DNA from: an uncultured Bacteroidota bacterium | Lineage (GTDB): Bacteria > Bacteroidota > Bacteroidia > Bacteroidales > F082 | NCBI GenBank assembly: GCA_937912115.1 | Contig: CALDOI010000142.1 | Location: forward strand, 2,098 to 66,097 | Direction: 5' to 3' | Length of the DNA: 64,000 nt | In this document: piece after piece, positions 51,216 to 62,178 of the stretch | Layout: every line of letters begins with the position of its first letter | How positions within the stretch are numbered: the first letter of the stretch is position 1 | Program-made: the position numbers and the translations under genes | The notes under the pieces: model-generated | Database searches by the model: none | Told to the model about the DNA's origin: nothing | The model's input: the letters and a program-made list of their open reading frames with translations, nothing else

Positions 51216-53189
51216 ATGAAGAAATCATACTTACCAAAACAATTCGTTTACATAATAGCTCTGGCATTATTGTTATCAAATCCTGTTTTTTCTCAAGTTA
51301 GAAACTGTGATTATGTAGTGCCACATATGGCAGATACTTGGATTTTTGGGATAAATGCCAGAATTAATTTCACCACTAATCCACCCGAAATTGTACCCAC
51401 TGCATTAAACTACGGGATGCCCTTTGGTACATCTACTATTTCAGATAAATATGGAAATATTCTATTGTTTACTAATGGTGAAACCGTTTGGAATAAAAGC
51501 AATCAAACCATGCAAAATGGAACCGGACTTAAAGGGTATAAGTATGGTGGACAATCATCCATAATAGTACCTCATCCAGGTAATTCTAATCAATATTTCA
51601 TTTTCACAACAAATTTATTTATTCCAACCTTTAAAACAGATGGCATAAACTATTCAACCGTTGATTTTAGTAATAATAGTTTAGGAGAAATTACTTCTAA
51701 AAATAATTTACTTCTATCTGAGAATTCAAAAACCATATGCGCTGTAAAGCATCATAATGGTATTGATTATTGGGTAATAGTGCATGGTTTTGGGCAAAAC
51801 AAAGGCAATAAATTTTATACCTTTCTTGTGGATACATCAGGTGTTGCTAATACTCCCATCGAAAGTACAACAGGTTATTTTCAATCAGGAGATATAAGTA
51901 ACCAAACTGGTTACATGAAAGCCTCATCAAATGGCGCAAAACTGGCACTTTCAGTTCCTTTCGATGGTGTTGTTGAAATACTCGATTTTAACAATGAAAC
52001 CGGTGTGATAAGTAATCCAATTACTAGTAATGTTGATTATTTGTATATCCCCGTTGGTATTGAATTTTCGCCTGATAATACAAAGCTTTACGTTACAACA
52101 AGCCCTATTAATAACGACACAAGCTATTTATTACAATTTGACTTAACATCAAATCAACCATTCACAAATCCTACTGCGGTTAATAAATTTGCTTACTTTG
52201 GAACTACTTCCGACAGTACCATGCAAGGTATACAACTAAGTGTTGATGGAAAAATTTATGTAACAAAAACAAAACAAAGTGGAGTACAACTTCCCAATTT
52301 AGGTGTTATTTATAATCCAAATCGATCTGGTTTGGCGTGTAATTATAATGAACTTGATTACAATAGTAATAATGGGTTATTTCTTGTTGGTGGAGGAAGT
52401 CAGGCAGGTTTGCCCGATTTCGTATCCGGTTTCCTTGATATACCACATTTTTATTATCTTAACCAGTGTTTAAACGACGAAACAAACTTCATAATCAGAA
52501 ACACTGCAAATCTGGAACCAACATGGGATTTCAAAGATCCGAATGGAATTTCGTTACTTGTTGATCCAATGAACCCCATACATGTATTTAGTGAACCTGA
52601 AACATATAATGTTGTCTTAACAGAAACTTATGACGGAATAGATTATATTTTTTCTGAGTCCGTTATTATAAACCCTCTTCCATCCATTGAAATTGGTCAG
52701 GGTTCAGATATCGTTTATATTCTTCCTGGTTCATCAATCAGATTAGATGCCGGTGAAGGCATGGATGTTTATTCTTGGAATCCTGGAGGTAGCTCAAGCC
52801 AATATCTAGATGTGGTTGAAGAAGGAATATACATAGCAACAGTTACTGACTTTAATTGCTGCACAAATTCTGATACTGTAGAAATAAAATATGCATCTTT
52901 ATCTTATCCTACTGCTTTTAAACCGGGTAGTTCAGTTTCTGAAAATAGTACCTTTGGAGTAGTTGGAAACCTTGGAGCAATATCTAAATATCAGATTAGA
53001 ATTTTTAATCGCTGGGGTCAAATGATATTTGAAACTGATAATCCGTTGGAAGGTTGGGATGGAAACCAGGATGGCTCAGCAGCACCTATGGGTACTTATA
53101 TTTACTCATCTGTTTTTACAAGTTTTGAAAGCGGCATTCAATCAAGCATTGATATAAAAAATACTGGAACTGTAACTCTAATCAGATAG
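51216..53189 (+). CDS. Secreted protein with a T9SS type-B ('gliding-motility-associated') C-terminal domain
   Basis: Start moved from GTG 51183 to the ATG giving MKKSYLPKQFVYIIALALLLSNPVFSQ. The C-terminus YPTAFKPG...YQIRIFNRWGQMIFE...GWDG...APMGTYIY fits the type-B pattern. Confidence 0.8.
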   Translation: MKKSYLPKQFVYIIALALLLSNPVFSQVRNCDYVVPHMADTWIFGINARINFTTNPPEIVPTALNYGMPFGTSTISDKYGNILLFTNGETVWNKSNQTMQNGTGLKGYKYGGQSSIIVPHPGNSNQYFIFTTNLFIPTFKTDGINYSTVDFSNNSLGEITSKNNLLLSENSKTICAVKHHNGIDYWVIVHGFGQNKGNKFYTFLVDTSGVANTPIESTTGYFQSGDISNQTGYMKASSNGAKLALSVPFDGVVEILDFNNETGVISNPITSNVDYLYIPVGIEFSPDNTKLYVTTSPINNDTSYLLQFDLTSNQPFTNPTAVNKFAYFGTTSDSTMQGIQLSVDGKIYVTKTKQSGVQLPNLGVIYNPNRSGLACNYNELDYNSNNGLFLVGGGSQAGLPDFVSGFLDIPHFYYLNQCLNDETNFIIRNTANLEPTWDFKDPNGISLLVDPMNPIHVFSEPETYNVVLTETYDGIDYIFSESVIINPLPSIEIGQGSDIVYILPGSSIRLDAGEGMDVYSWNPGGSSSQYLDVVEEGIYIATVTDFNCCTNSDTVEIKYASLSYPTAFKPGSSVSENSTFGVVGNLGAISKYQIRIFNRWGQMIFETDNPLEGWDGNQDGSAAPMGTYIYSSVFTSFESGIQSSIDIKNTGTVTLIR

Positions 53190-53238
53190 TATCTTTTATT
53201 AAATTGCCATTGTTTTATTAACCACAAAGTTTATTATT

Positions 53239-55377
53239 TTGAATTCATCTGCAAAACAAATAGCGGCTAATCTTAACGTTGCCGAGTGGCAGGTCAATAA
53301 CGCCATAGATTTAATTAAAGAAGGTGCAACTATACCATTTATTGCACGTTACCGTAAAGAGTTTACAGGTGAGCTAACCGATATTCAGCTAATTGAAATT
53401 CAAAAACAATGGGATCGTATTCTTGTTCTTGACGAAAGAAAAAAAGCTGTACTAAAATCACTTGAAGAACACGGCTTTATTAATGATGACCTTAGGAATA
53501 AGATTGGCTTAGCCCAGACAATTGCTGAAGTTGAAGATATTTATTTGCCATTTAAACCTAAGCGAAAAACGCGAGCAGTAATTGCACTTGATAAGGGGTT
53601 AGAGCCTCTTGCGAAGATGATTATGTCAGAAAATGTGAATAATGTTGATGAAGCAGCACAAAGATTTATTTCTGAAAAGCTTGGAGTTTCTGATTCTGAT
53701 GATGCACTTGCTGGTGCTCGCGATATTATCGCTGAATGGATTAGTGAGTATCAATGGGTTCGCCAAAAACTTAGGTTACAGTTTGAAAAATATAGCAGCA
53801 TCAGCTCAAAATGTGTTAAAGGTAAAGAAGAGGATGGTGCTAACTATAGTAGCTGGTTCGATTGGTCGGAGATATCTGGCAAGGCTCCTTCACATAGAAT
53901 ACTTGCTATGTTTAGAGGTGAAAAAGAAGGGTTCCTAAAACTGAAAATAGAACCTGATAAAGATAATGCCATCGAGCAGCTATCATCACGGTTAATTAAA
54001 AATAGCAATCCAGCATCAGAGCAAAAAAAACTTGCCATAATAGATTCTGTAAAACGTTTAATATTCCCATCCCTTGAAACAGAAATGCGTACTCTGCTTA
54101 AAGAGAAGGCCGACGAAGCTTCAATTGAGGTATTTGGTGATAATCTAAGTCAATTGCTTCTTGCTCCGCCAATGGGTCAAAAAAGAGTACTAGCCATCGA
54201 TCCTGGATTCCGTACAGGTTGTAAAGTTGTTTGCCTCGACAAAAATGGAAAACTATTGCATAACGACACTATCTATCCTCATCCGCCCCAGCGCGAATCA
54301 ACCATGGCGATCAAAAAAATCAATAATCTTGTCGACTCACATAACATCGAAGCAATTGCCATAGGAAATGGTACTGCAGGTCGTGAAACAGAGATGCTAA
54401 TTGAGCGTATTAAATTTAATCGCGATATTATTGCGGTATCAGTTAATGAAGATGGAGCTTCGGTTTATTCTGCATCTGCAGTAGCACGTGAAGAATTCCC
54501 GGAGTATGACGTAACAGTACGTGGAGCTGTTTCAATTGGACGACGCCTGCTCGACCCACTTGCCGAACTTGTAAAAATTGACCCTAAATCAATTGGTGTT
54601 GGTCAATATCAGCACGATGTAAATCAAAAATTACTTAAACAAAGCCTGCAATCAACTGTTGAACTATGTGTTAACAAAGTAGGCGTTGACCTAAATACTG
54701 CCAGTAAAGAATTACTAACATACGTTTCGGGATTAGGACCAAAAATTGCTTCTCAAATTATTGAATACAGGAATAATAATGGAGATTTTAAAACTCGCGA
54801 AGAATTATTAAATGTTCCCGGACTTGGTAAAAAAGCCTATCAGCAGGCAGCTGGATTTTTAAGGATTAAAAACGGAGATAATATTCTTGACTCAACTGCC
54901 GTGCACCCTGAGCATTATGATGTTGTTAAGAATATTGCCAAAAAACGTAGATTAAAACTGGAAGAGCTAATTGGCGACAAGCAACTTAGATCATCAATTA
55001 ATTTTGATGAGTTTGTTAATGACAATATTGGAATAATTTCGTTGAAAGATATACTTGACGAGCTTGAAAAACCCGGTAGAGATCCACGAAAGAAATTTGT
55101 AACCTTTAAATTTGACAGTCATATAAAAAGTATTGGTGATATATCTAATGGAATGGTATTACACGGAACCGTGACAAACATAACTGCATTTGGAGCATTT
55201 GTTAATTTGGGGATTCATGAATCAGCATTACTTCACAAAAGCCAGATTGCAAACGAATATGTATCAAACCCGGCTGATTATTTACGGATAAATCAACAAG
55301 TAATGGTTAAGGTTATTGAAGTCGACATTGAACGAAAAAGAATTGGACTGAGCATGAAAGATGTGAAACAAGATTAG
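53239..55377 (+). CDS. tex: Tex-like RNA-binding transcription accessory protein
   Basis: TTG start. GATIPFIARYRKEFTG, YqgF-like LAIDPGFRTGCK, helix-hairpin-helix region, C-terminal S1 domain GTVTNITAFGAFVNLG. Confidence 0.9.
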   Translation: MNSSAKQIAANLNVAEWQVNNAIDLIKEGATIPFIARYRKEFTGELTDIQLIEIQKQWDRILVLDERKKAVLKSLEEHGFINDDLRNKIGLAQTIAEVEDIYLPFKPKRKTRAVIALDKGLEPLAKMIMSENVNNVDEAAQRFISEKLGVSDSDDALAGARDIIAEWISEYQWVRQKLRLQFEKYSSISSKCVKGKEEDGANYSSWFDWSEISGKAPSHRILAMFRGEKEGFLKLKIEPDKDNAIEQLSSRLIKNSNPASEQKKLAIIDSVKRLIFPSLETEMRTLLKEKADEASIEVFGDNLSQLLLAPPMGQKRVLAIDPGFRTGCKVVCLDKNGKLLHNDTIYPHPPQRESTMAIKKINNLVDSHNIEAIAIGNGTAGRETEMLIERIKFNRDIIAVSVNEDGASVYSASAVAREEFPEYDVTVRGAVSIGRRLLDPLAELVKIDPKSIGVGQYQHDVNQKLLKQSLQSTVELCVNKVGVDLNTASKELLTYVSGLGPKIASQIIEYRNNNGDFKTREELLNVPGLGKKAYQQAAGFLRIKNGDNILDSTAVHPEHYDVVKNIAKKRRLKLEELIGDKQLRSSINFDEFVNDNIGIISLKDILDELEKPGRDPRKKFVTFKFDSHIKSIGDISNGMVLHGTVTNITAFGAFVNLGIHESALLHKSQIANEYVSNPADYLRINQQVMVKVIEVDIERKRIGLSMKDVKQD

Positions 55378-55970
55378 AAATCTATCTTCAATTGCAAGTG
55401 GTAATTAAATGTTTTTCGATGATATGCCGTTAAACCATATTTCTGAATTGCTAGTTTATGCTGCATGGTTGGATAACCTTTATTTGTATTCCATCCATAA
55501 TATGGATGCTTACTGTGTGCTTCAATCATATAGTCATCACGGTAGGTTTTAGCTAAAATTGAAGCCGCCGCTATGGATAAATACTTTCCATCACCTTTAA
55601 TTATACATTCATAATTAATATTTTGATAAGGTTTAAATCTATTACCATCTATAAGCAATAGCTCAGGTTTGATTTTTAATTTATCCAGCGCCCGATGCAT
55701 TGAAAAAATGGAGGCAACAAGTATATTTACTTCATCAATTTCAACTGGTGAATAGGAAGCTACTGCCCAGGAAAGAGCATTTTTCTCAATTTCATCCCGA
55801 AGTTTATATCTTGTTTTTTCGTTAAGTTTTTTTGAGTCGTTAAGCAATTCATTTTTATAATCCTTCGGAAGAATTACAGCAGCAGCAAAAACAGGTCCTG
55901 CAAGGCATCCCCTCCCCGCTTCATCACACCCAGCTTCGATAAGCTTTTTTGAGAAACTACTTAATAACAT
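55374..55970 (-). CDS. rnhB: Ribonuclease HII
   Basis: AGCDEAGRGCLAGPVFAAAV, DSKKL, ASILAK. Confidence 0.9.
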   Translation of the reverse strand: MLLSSFSKKLIEAGCDEAGRGCLAGPVFAAAVILPKDYKNELLNDSKKLNEKTRYKLRDEIEKNALSWAVASYSPVEIDEVNILVASIFSMHRALDKLKIKPELLLIDGNRFKPYQNINYECIIKGDGKYLSIAAASILAKTYRDDYMIEAHSKHPYYGWNTNKGYPTMQHKLAIQKYGLTAYHRKTFNYHLQLKIDF

Positions 55971-55974
55971 ATAA

Positions 55975-56967
55975 TTATGCCTCCAATAAGTCGGTAATTA
56001 AGTGTACATATTGATTAATAACAATAAGTATTGTGAGTATAGTTAAAGCAAAATTATACCACCGCAATCTTTTTACATAACTCAACCAGTTACCCACTAA
56101 CAATGCTGAAGGAATGCACAATAATAAAAGAGATGCAATAGATTTAGTAAAAACCATCAGAATTATAAAAACAACCAATAACAAAACTATCGTTATTAAA
56201 AGATTTCGCCTGAGGTTTATATTCTTTTCGTTTAACTTACCGGCAATACCCAATGCTGATATAATTATCAAGAATGTTAGTATCACCAATACAATCATCT
56301 CAATAGGACTATTAGTGATTTTAAGCATCATTTCAACTTTTAAGGAGTTAAACAATACATATGATTCCTCCAACATAATATCTAAAGCATAACAAATGGT
56401 TAGTAAAAAAAAATATGGTAGTGTAACTCCAATTATTGTAACAACAAGGTTTCTCCATGTTACTATACGATGAATAAAAATAGATAACCAGATAAATGCA
56501 AATAGAAGTATTAAAGGTGTATAAAATAAAGATGCAATTCCAATTAAAAATGAAGCATTAAATATTAAGGGTATAGTATTTTTTGTGTAGGGTAATTGCA
56601 TTAGGTTTCCCCATACAAATATTAGTATTAAGTTAATCCAGATAATTGGATTATTGTGATATTCTTCTACTAAAGCACTTGAAAATACGATAAATAAGGC
56701 TATTACAAGTGTACTAACTTTACCCACTAACCCAGTATCAATTGCATATTTATTTAGCAATATTGCAGAAAACAATGTTAGAAGAAATGAAATAGTGGTT
56801 AGAAAATAATTGTTTTGTGGGAAGATCTCAGCGAGTAGATTATAAGCATAGCTGGGTACTCCTGAATAACCTGTTGGATACAACAATGACGGTAACCAAA
56901 TTATTAGTCCTAGAAAAAAAACAAGAAGATACCTTGAGATGTAACCTGTGCTTAAAAACCTTATCAT
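55975..56967 (-). CDS. Hypothetical polytopic membrane protein
   Basis: About 9-10 hydrophobic helices. Packed between purD and rnhB. No family recognised. Confidence 0.55.
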   Translation of the reverse strand: MIRFLSTGYISRYLLVFFLGLIIWLPSLLYPTGYSGVPSYAYNLLAEIFPQNNYFLTTISFLLTLFSAILLNKYAIDTGLVGKVSTLVIALFIVFSSALVEEYHNNPIIWINLILIFVWGNLMQLPYTKNTIPLIFNASFLIGIASLFYTPLILLFAFIWLSIFIHRIVTWRNLVVTIIGVTLPYFFLLTICYALDIMLEESYVLFNSLKVEMMLKITNSPIEMIVLVILTFLIIISALGIAGKLNEKNINLRRNLLITIVLLLVVFIILMVFTKSIASLLLLCIPSALLVGNWLSYVKRLRWYNFALTILTILIVINQYVHLITDLLEA

Positions 56968-58263
56968 TTATTTATTATCATATTGAACTAGATCAAACCC
57001 TATATCCCTTCTTTCATATTTACCTTCAAAGTTAATCAAATCAACATTTGCATATGCCTTTTTGAGTGCGCTACTCATATTTTCACCCATAGCGGTAACA
57101 GCAATAACCCTTCCTCCACTTGTTTTTACAGAATTATTTTCAATATCGATTGCTGTTCCTGCATGAAATAGTATGCAATTATTTAGATTATCAAGCCCTT
57201 TAATCGCCTTACCCTTTTTATAACTTCCAGGATAACCTCCCGACACCAACATAATTGCTGCAGCTGTCCTGTTATCAAACTCAATTTTAGTATTCTTAAG
57301 ATTGCCTTTTGCTGTTGCGTCAAACAAATCCACTAAATCCGTAACAATTCTGGGAATTACTGATTCAGCTTCCGGATCACCCATTCTACAATTATACTCA
57401 ATTACATATGGGTTATCATCAACATTTATAAGTCCAAAGAAAATAAACCCCTTATAAATAATACCATCATTGGAAAGCCCAGCTACTGTTGGTTTAATAA
57501 TCCGATCCTCTACTTTTTTCATAAACTCAGCATTTGCAAATGCTACTGGTGAAATTGAACCCATACCGCCTGTATTCAGTCCGGTATCCGATTCGCCAAT
57601 TCGCTTGTAATCCTTTGCTTCGGGAAGGATAACATAATCTTCACCATCTGTAAGAACGAAAACCGATAATTCAATACCACTCAAAAACTCTTCAATTACA
57701 ACGCTTTTTGATGCTTCTCCAAATTTTTGCTCCGATATCATTGAGGTAAGCTCGGCTTTTGCATCTTCGGCACTATCAATTATCAATACACCTTTTCCGG
57801 CGGCGAGACCATCGGCCTTTAATACATATGGAGATGTTAAACTATCAATAAATAAATGTCCTTCGTTTATATTGGATGCATCAAATGTTTGGTATGCAGC
57901 AGTGGGTATATTATTTTTTGCCATAAAATCTTTGGCAAACGACTTACTGCCCTCCAATTTAGCCCCATCTTTTGATGGACCAATTACAGAAATATCTTTC
58001 AATACGGGATCAGCCACAAAAAAATCATAAATACCATCAACTAATGGTGCTTCAGGGCCAACAATAACCATATCAATTTCATTCTCAATAACAATCGTTT
58101 TTATTCTGTGAAAGTCATCAAGATCAACTGGAATATTTGTTCCAACATTTCGGGTACCTGCATTACCTGGTGCAATATATATGTTTTCTACTTTTTTGCT
58201 TTGAGCAATTTTCCATCCAATAGCATGCTCCCTTCCTCCACTACCTAGTATTAGTATATTCAT
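56968..58263 (-). CDS. purD: Phosphoribosylamine-glycine ligase
   Basis: [17 protein letters not shown]-grasp core, GPMGSI-like GGMGSISP, and TSGGRV near the C-terminus. Confidence 0.95.
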   Translation of the reverse strand: MNILILGSGGREHAIGWKIAQSKKVENIYIAPGNAGTRNVGTNIPVDLDDFHRIKTIVIENEIDMVIVGPEAPLVDGIYDFFVADPVLKDISVIGPSKDGAKLEGSKSFAKDFMAKNNIPTAAYQTFDASNINEGHLFIDSLTSPYVLKADGLAAGKGVLIIDSAEDAKAELTSMISEQKFGEASKSVVIEEFLSGIELSVFVLTDGEDYVILPEAKDYKRIGESDTGLNTGGMGSISPVAFANAEFMKKVEDRIIKPTVAGLSNDGIIYKGFIFFGLINVDDNPYVIEYNCRMGDPEAESVIPRIVTDLVDLFDATAKGNLKNTKIEFDNRTAAAIMLVSGGYPGSYKKGKAIKGLDNLNNCILFHAGTAIDIENNSVKTSGGRVIAVTAMGENMSSALKKAYANVDLINFEGKYERRDIGFDLVQYDNK

Positions 58264-58274
58264 TTGAGTATAAT

Positions 58275-59411
58275 TTAGTTTTGGTTATTGTCGTTTGTTT
58301 TAAGAATTGATTGCCACAAACTTTCCGAAGTTTTTTCCCATGAAAAATCTGCTCTCCTTTTTCTTCCCTTCTCAACTAATGAATTAGCAAATGCTTTATC
58401 CGACGAAATTTTGTGCATTGCGTCTGCAATTTGTTCAATGCTGGACGGATCTACCAACAAAGCCGCATCACCGGATATTTCGGGCATTGATGTAACATTG
58501 GATGTTATAACGGGCACTTCAGCATTATATGCTTCAATAATTGGAATCCCGAACCCTTCAAATACTGATGCATAAACAAGAGCTATGGCTGACCCCACCA
58601 CTTTACTAAGATCATCAGGCTCAAGCCTTCCCGTAAAAATAACATCGGTTTTATATTTCATTTTCTCATAAACTGACTTTATCTCTTCCGACCAATACAT
58701 TTTTACACCTACAACAACAAATTTAGCATTTGTTTTATACCTATCCTTATACTGATCAAAAGCTTTAAATATGTTTTGTAAATTCTTACGGGGATTAAGA
58801 GCTCCAACGAAAACGAAATAGTCGTCCCCATCAGTAAACTTATCTTTTATTAATTTAATATCTTCTTTATGGATGGGTTTAAACAACTCATTGGCTCCAT
58901 TGTATACCACATCAATTTTTTTAGGATCAATGCCATACTGTTTAATAATATCATTTTTTGAAAACTCAGAAACCGTTGCTATTCGTTTAGCCTTTTTTGC
59001 ATATCGAGGAGTAAAATAAGTATAATAATTCCTAACTAACCACTGCATATGCTCAGGAAAATGCTCAAAATTTAAATCATGAATAACTATTAAGTCCGAA
59101 TATTTTGAAGCAAGTGATAAATATGCATCAGGAGAAACAAATACATCTGGATTAATTTTCTTTAGGGCTCTTGGTATTGATATCTCAAACCAAATATAAT
59201 GCAAAATTGGATGACGAGCCGGAGGGCCGATAACAACAGCTGTAACGTTATCAGCAAAAATAAACTCATCATTAGTTGGTCTGTCGAAAATAAAATAGAA
59301 TTGATGCTCGGGATGTGATAATACAATACGCTTTAAGGATTCATAGGTAAACCATCCGATACCCTCCAATTTATTTTTTAATAACAACCTAGTGTTTACC
59401 GCAATTTTCAA
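58275..59411 (-). CDS. Family 4 (GT-B fold) glycosyltransferase
   Basis: The C-terminal half has the [10 protein letters not shown]...PVITSN pattern of GT4 enzymes. Confidence 0.8.
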   Translation of the reverse strand: MKIAVNTRLLLKNKLEGIGWFTYESLKRIVLSHPEHQFYFIFDRPTNDEFIFADNVTAVVIGPPARHPILHYIWFEISIPRALKKINPDVFVSPDAYLSLASKYSDLIVIHDLNFEHFPEHMQWLVRNYYTYFTPRYAKKAKRIATVSEFSKNDIIKQYGIDPKKIDVVYNGANELFKPIHKEDIKLIKDKFTDGDDYFVFVGALNPRKNLQNIFKAFDQYKDRYKTNAKFVVVGVKMYWSEEIKSVYEKMKYKTDVIFTGRLEPDDLSKVVGSAIALVYASVFEGFGIPIIEAYNAEVPVITSNVTSMPEISGDAALLVDPSSIEQIADAMHKISSDKAFANSLVEKGRKRRADFSWEKTSESLWQSILKTNDNNQN

Positions 59412-59455
59412 TCTTTTCCCTTAATTAATGATGTGGCAAATATCCTAAAAAAAAC

Positions 59456-60016
59456 TCAGACCCGCTTATTAAGAAAATTAAAAAGGTAATAACATCCAAC
59501 TCCTATAATAATACCAAGTATTGCTCCAACAAAAACATCGGTAGGGTAATGAACCCCAAGGTACACTCTGCTAAAAATTATTAAAATTGCATATATCGAC
59601 ATAACCGGCCAAATCCACCAATGTTTGTCCCTTAGTAATAAAATAATAAACGAAGCAACAGCAAAGCTATTAGCTGCATGAGATGAAACAAAACCATACT
59701 TTCCGCCACAAGCTTTAACAAGATTCAATAACCCTAGCAAGTCTTCCTCATAACAAGGCCTTAGTCGTTGAAAAACATTTTTAAAAAGGTGAACCGAGGT
59801 TTGATCAGCAATTAAAACAACTAATGCAACAATCACTAAAACCAGCCATGATTTTTTTTTGTAATCAAGTATTATAATATAGAGCAATAGCAGATAAAGT
59901 GGCATCCAGCCCAGTTTCGAGCTTACAAATACCATAATAATATCAAGTACCTGATTATTAAACCCATTAATTAATAATAAGAGTTCCCTATCAAGCATTG
60001 CAATATACTCAAGCAT
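59456..60016 (-). CDS. PAP2-family phosphatase (phosphatidic acid / undecaprenyl-diphosphate phosphatase type)
   Basis: Tripartite motif RLRP, SSHAAN, SRVYLGVHYPTDV. Confidence 0.8.
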   Translation of the reverse strand: MLEYIAMLDRELLLLINGFNNQVLDIIMVFVSSKLGWMPLYLLLLYIIILDYKKKSWLVLVIVALVVLIADQTSVHLFKNVFQRLRPCYEEDLLGLLNLVKACGGKYGFVSSHAANSFAVASFIILLLRDKHWWIWPVMSIYAILIIFSRVYLGVHYPTDVFVGAILGIIIGVGCYYLFNFLNKRV

Positions 60017-60104
60017 ATGTGATTATTTTATTCGGAATAAAAAAGTTATTCCATACCATTAGAATACAATATTATTGAACTTGTATGAAAGTGCAACATT
60101 TTTA

Positions 60105-60728
60105 CTATTCACCTCCATTAACTGCTTTCATTTTTTGATCGAAATAGTATGAATTATAAGGATCGCGTCTCATCAAAATATCGATATATTGAATTGCCCT
60201 TTTATATTTACCCCTACCCATATATTTCTCCATTTTTTTTATGTAATACTCATCGCCATTACATAAAAACCCCGGATTATCAGCTTCCAACACAAGTAGT
60301 GCATCCTCAGTATTGGTTTCAGTACCCTTAAGAGTAAATTGTATTGGGACTTCAAAACGTGTATACTTCTCATCATTACAAGTATTCCAATGTCCTTCAA
60401 TACTTGTGAAAAACGAGGATATTTCATTATCAATTCCGTAGCCAAGTGGCGTTTTAATTTTCAGCTCATAAACTTCACCTTCGCAATTTACTCTAAACGA
60501 AACCAGGGCAATTCCCACAATACAATTTCCAACAGCCATTGGCGGATAAGTTACGGTTTGAATAAACATCTTTTCAAAGGTGTAAAAGCCCCCCTTAAAT
60601 CTATAGTTTAACAACTTAATCAAATTATCCTTGCGTGCTTGAGCAATGGAAACAGATTCCTGACTATATAATTGACATCCTATTGCTGAAACAATAATAA
60701 AAACAAATAATAATATTGATTTCTTCAT
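60105..60728 (-). CDS. Hypothetical secreted protein (weak TonB-C-like segment)
   Basis: Signal peptide. YPPMAVGNCIVGIALVSFRVNCEGEV resembles the TonB C-terminal fold only weakly. Confidence 0.4.
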   Translation of the reverse strand: MKKSILLFVFIIVSAIGCQLYSQESVSIAQARKDNLIKLLNYRFKGGFYTFEKMFIQTVTYPPMAVGNCIVGIALVSFRVNCEGEVYELKIKTPLGYGIDNEISSFFTSIEGHWNTCNDEKYTRFEVPIQFTLKGTETNTEDALLVLEADNPGFLCNGDEYYIKKMEKYMGRGKYKRAIQYIDILMRRDPYNSYYFDQKMKAVNGGE

Positions 60729-60760
60729 TATATAATTACTAATTGATTAAAGTGGTAAAA

Positions 60761-61093
60761 CTAATTCCTTTTACTAAGAACTTCTTTTATATCACACAAT
60801 AATTGTTTGGTTCTTTTCAAAGTGGAAATAACATCAAGTTTATCGATGGTGTCATCTTCTTTTCTATTATTGAGATAATCATTAACTCCTTGAATTGTCA
60901 TTCCTTTTACCTTAACAAGATGATAAACTATTTCAATATTATCAATATCTTTTTTTGAGTAATATCTTGTTCCTTTTTCGTTTTTCTTTGGCTTAATAAA
61001 AGCAAACTCCTTTTCCCAATACCTAATCAAGGATGTATTTACGTTGAACTTTTTAGCTACATCACCTATTTTAAAATAAATCCTTTCAGCCAT
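60761..61093 (-). CDS. MerR-family transcriptional regulator
   Basis: N-terminal helix-turn-helix FKIGDVAKKFNVNTSLIRYWEKEF. Confidence 0.8.
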   Translation of the reverse strand: MAERIYFKIGDVAKKFNVNTSLIRYWEKEFAFIKPKKNEKGTRYYSKKDIDNIEIVYHLVKVKGMTIQGVNDYLNNRKEDDTIDKLDVISTLKRTKQLLCDIKEVLSKRN

Positions 61094-61110
61094 GATTTAA
61101 TAATTAAAGC

Positions 61111-62082
61111 TTAATCAAGTGATTGATTAGGAAGCTTGGATAATGTTAGTATGGTTTCAAATTCATCTGGCGATAAGTCGTTAAAGAAGTAGTAAATAGG
61201 ATTTAATGTACGATTGTTTTTCCTAACCTCATAGTGCAAATGAGGAGCTGTAGATTTACCGGTATTCCCAACAGTAGCAATTATCTGACCTCGATTTACA
61301 ATTTCTCCTTTTTTTACCTTTATGTCTTTAATATGAGCATAAAATGTTCGATAACCATAACCATGATCGATAGTTACAGTATTACCATATCCTCTCCGCG
61401 AATGGTTAGTTTTAACAACCGTACCCGCGCCACTCGAGTAGATAGGAGTTCCCTGAGGAGCACTAAAGTCAACTCCTGCATGGAATTTATTAATTTTATA
61501 TATCGGATCGATTCGATATCCGTAATACGAGGATAACCTTTTTAGTTCTTTATTATTTACTGGCTGAATAGCCGGAATACAAGCCAACATATTTTCTTTG
61601 TTCCGTGCCATCTCGTAAACATCATCAAACGACTTCGACTGAACATAGAGCTCGCTGGCTAGTTTGTCAAGTTTCCTCGCTGTTTCAATCAATAATTCCG
61701 AATTGTTATATCCTTCAAGTTTTACATATCGGTCTACACCTCCATATCCTGCCTGCCGTTCTTCAATCGATATGGGTTCAGCTTCGAAAATAACTCTGTA
61801 AATATTATCATCTCGGTCAGCCATTTCATCAACAAGTTCTTGAAGGTTTACAAGCCTATCGTTCATTATCTGATACTGGAGTTCATATTGAGAAATTTCG
61901 CTCTTCAACATTCTTTCTTTTGGAGATTCGAAAAACGTATAAGAGACTATGATCAAGGCAATTGAAAATGCCAATGCTGTTATCAGAAATAGTAATCCAC
62001 GAAATATTCTTTGCAGTGATGAAGTTTTCGATTCTTCATATGACAGTGACTTCTTGTTAAAAATGTACTTTTTCTTTGCCAT
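61111..62082 (-). CDS. M23-family metallopeptidase, membrane-anchored
   Basis: N-terminal TM helix and coiled coil. HAGVDF and GNTGKSTAPHLHYEV zinc motifs. Confidence 0.85.
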   Translation of the reverse strand: MAKKKYIFNKKSLSYEESKTSSLQRIFRGLLFLITALAFSIALIIVSYTFFESPKERMLKSEISQYELQYQIMNDRLVNLQELVDEMADRDDNIYRVIFEAEPISIEERQAGYGGVDRYVKLEGYNNSELLIETARKLDKLASELYVQSKSFDDVYEMARNKENMLACIPAIQPVNNKELKRLSSYYGYRIDPIYKINKFHAGVDFSAPQGTPIYSSGAGTVVKTNHSRRGYGNTVTIDHGYGYRTFYAHIKDIKVKKGEIVNRGQIIATVGNTGKSTAPHLHYEVRKNNRTLNPIYYFFNDLSPDEFETILTLSKLPNQSLD

Positions 62083-62120
62083 AATAACCCAGCTTAAAAT
62101 GCGAAATTAATTATTTAGGC

Positions 62121-62128
62121 TAAATTTG
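62121..62128 (+). promoter_or_regulatory. Bacteroidetes-type -7 box TAAATTTG(CA)
   Basis: TAnnTTTG 50 nt upstream of the alaS ATG. Confidence 0.45.
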
Positions 62129-62178
62129 CAATCTTTTAATAATAAATGTTTCAACAACTGAATGTTAACTATTTGAAT

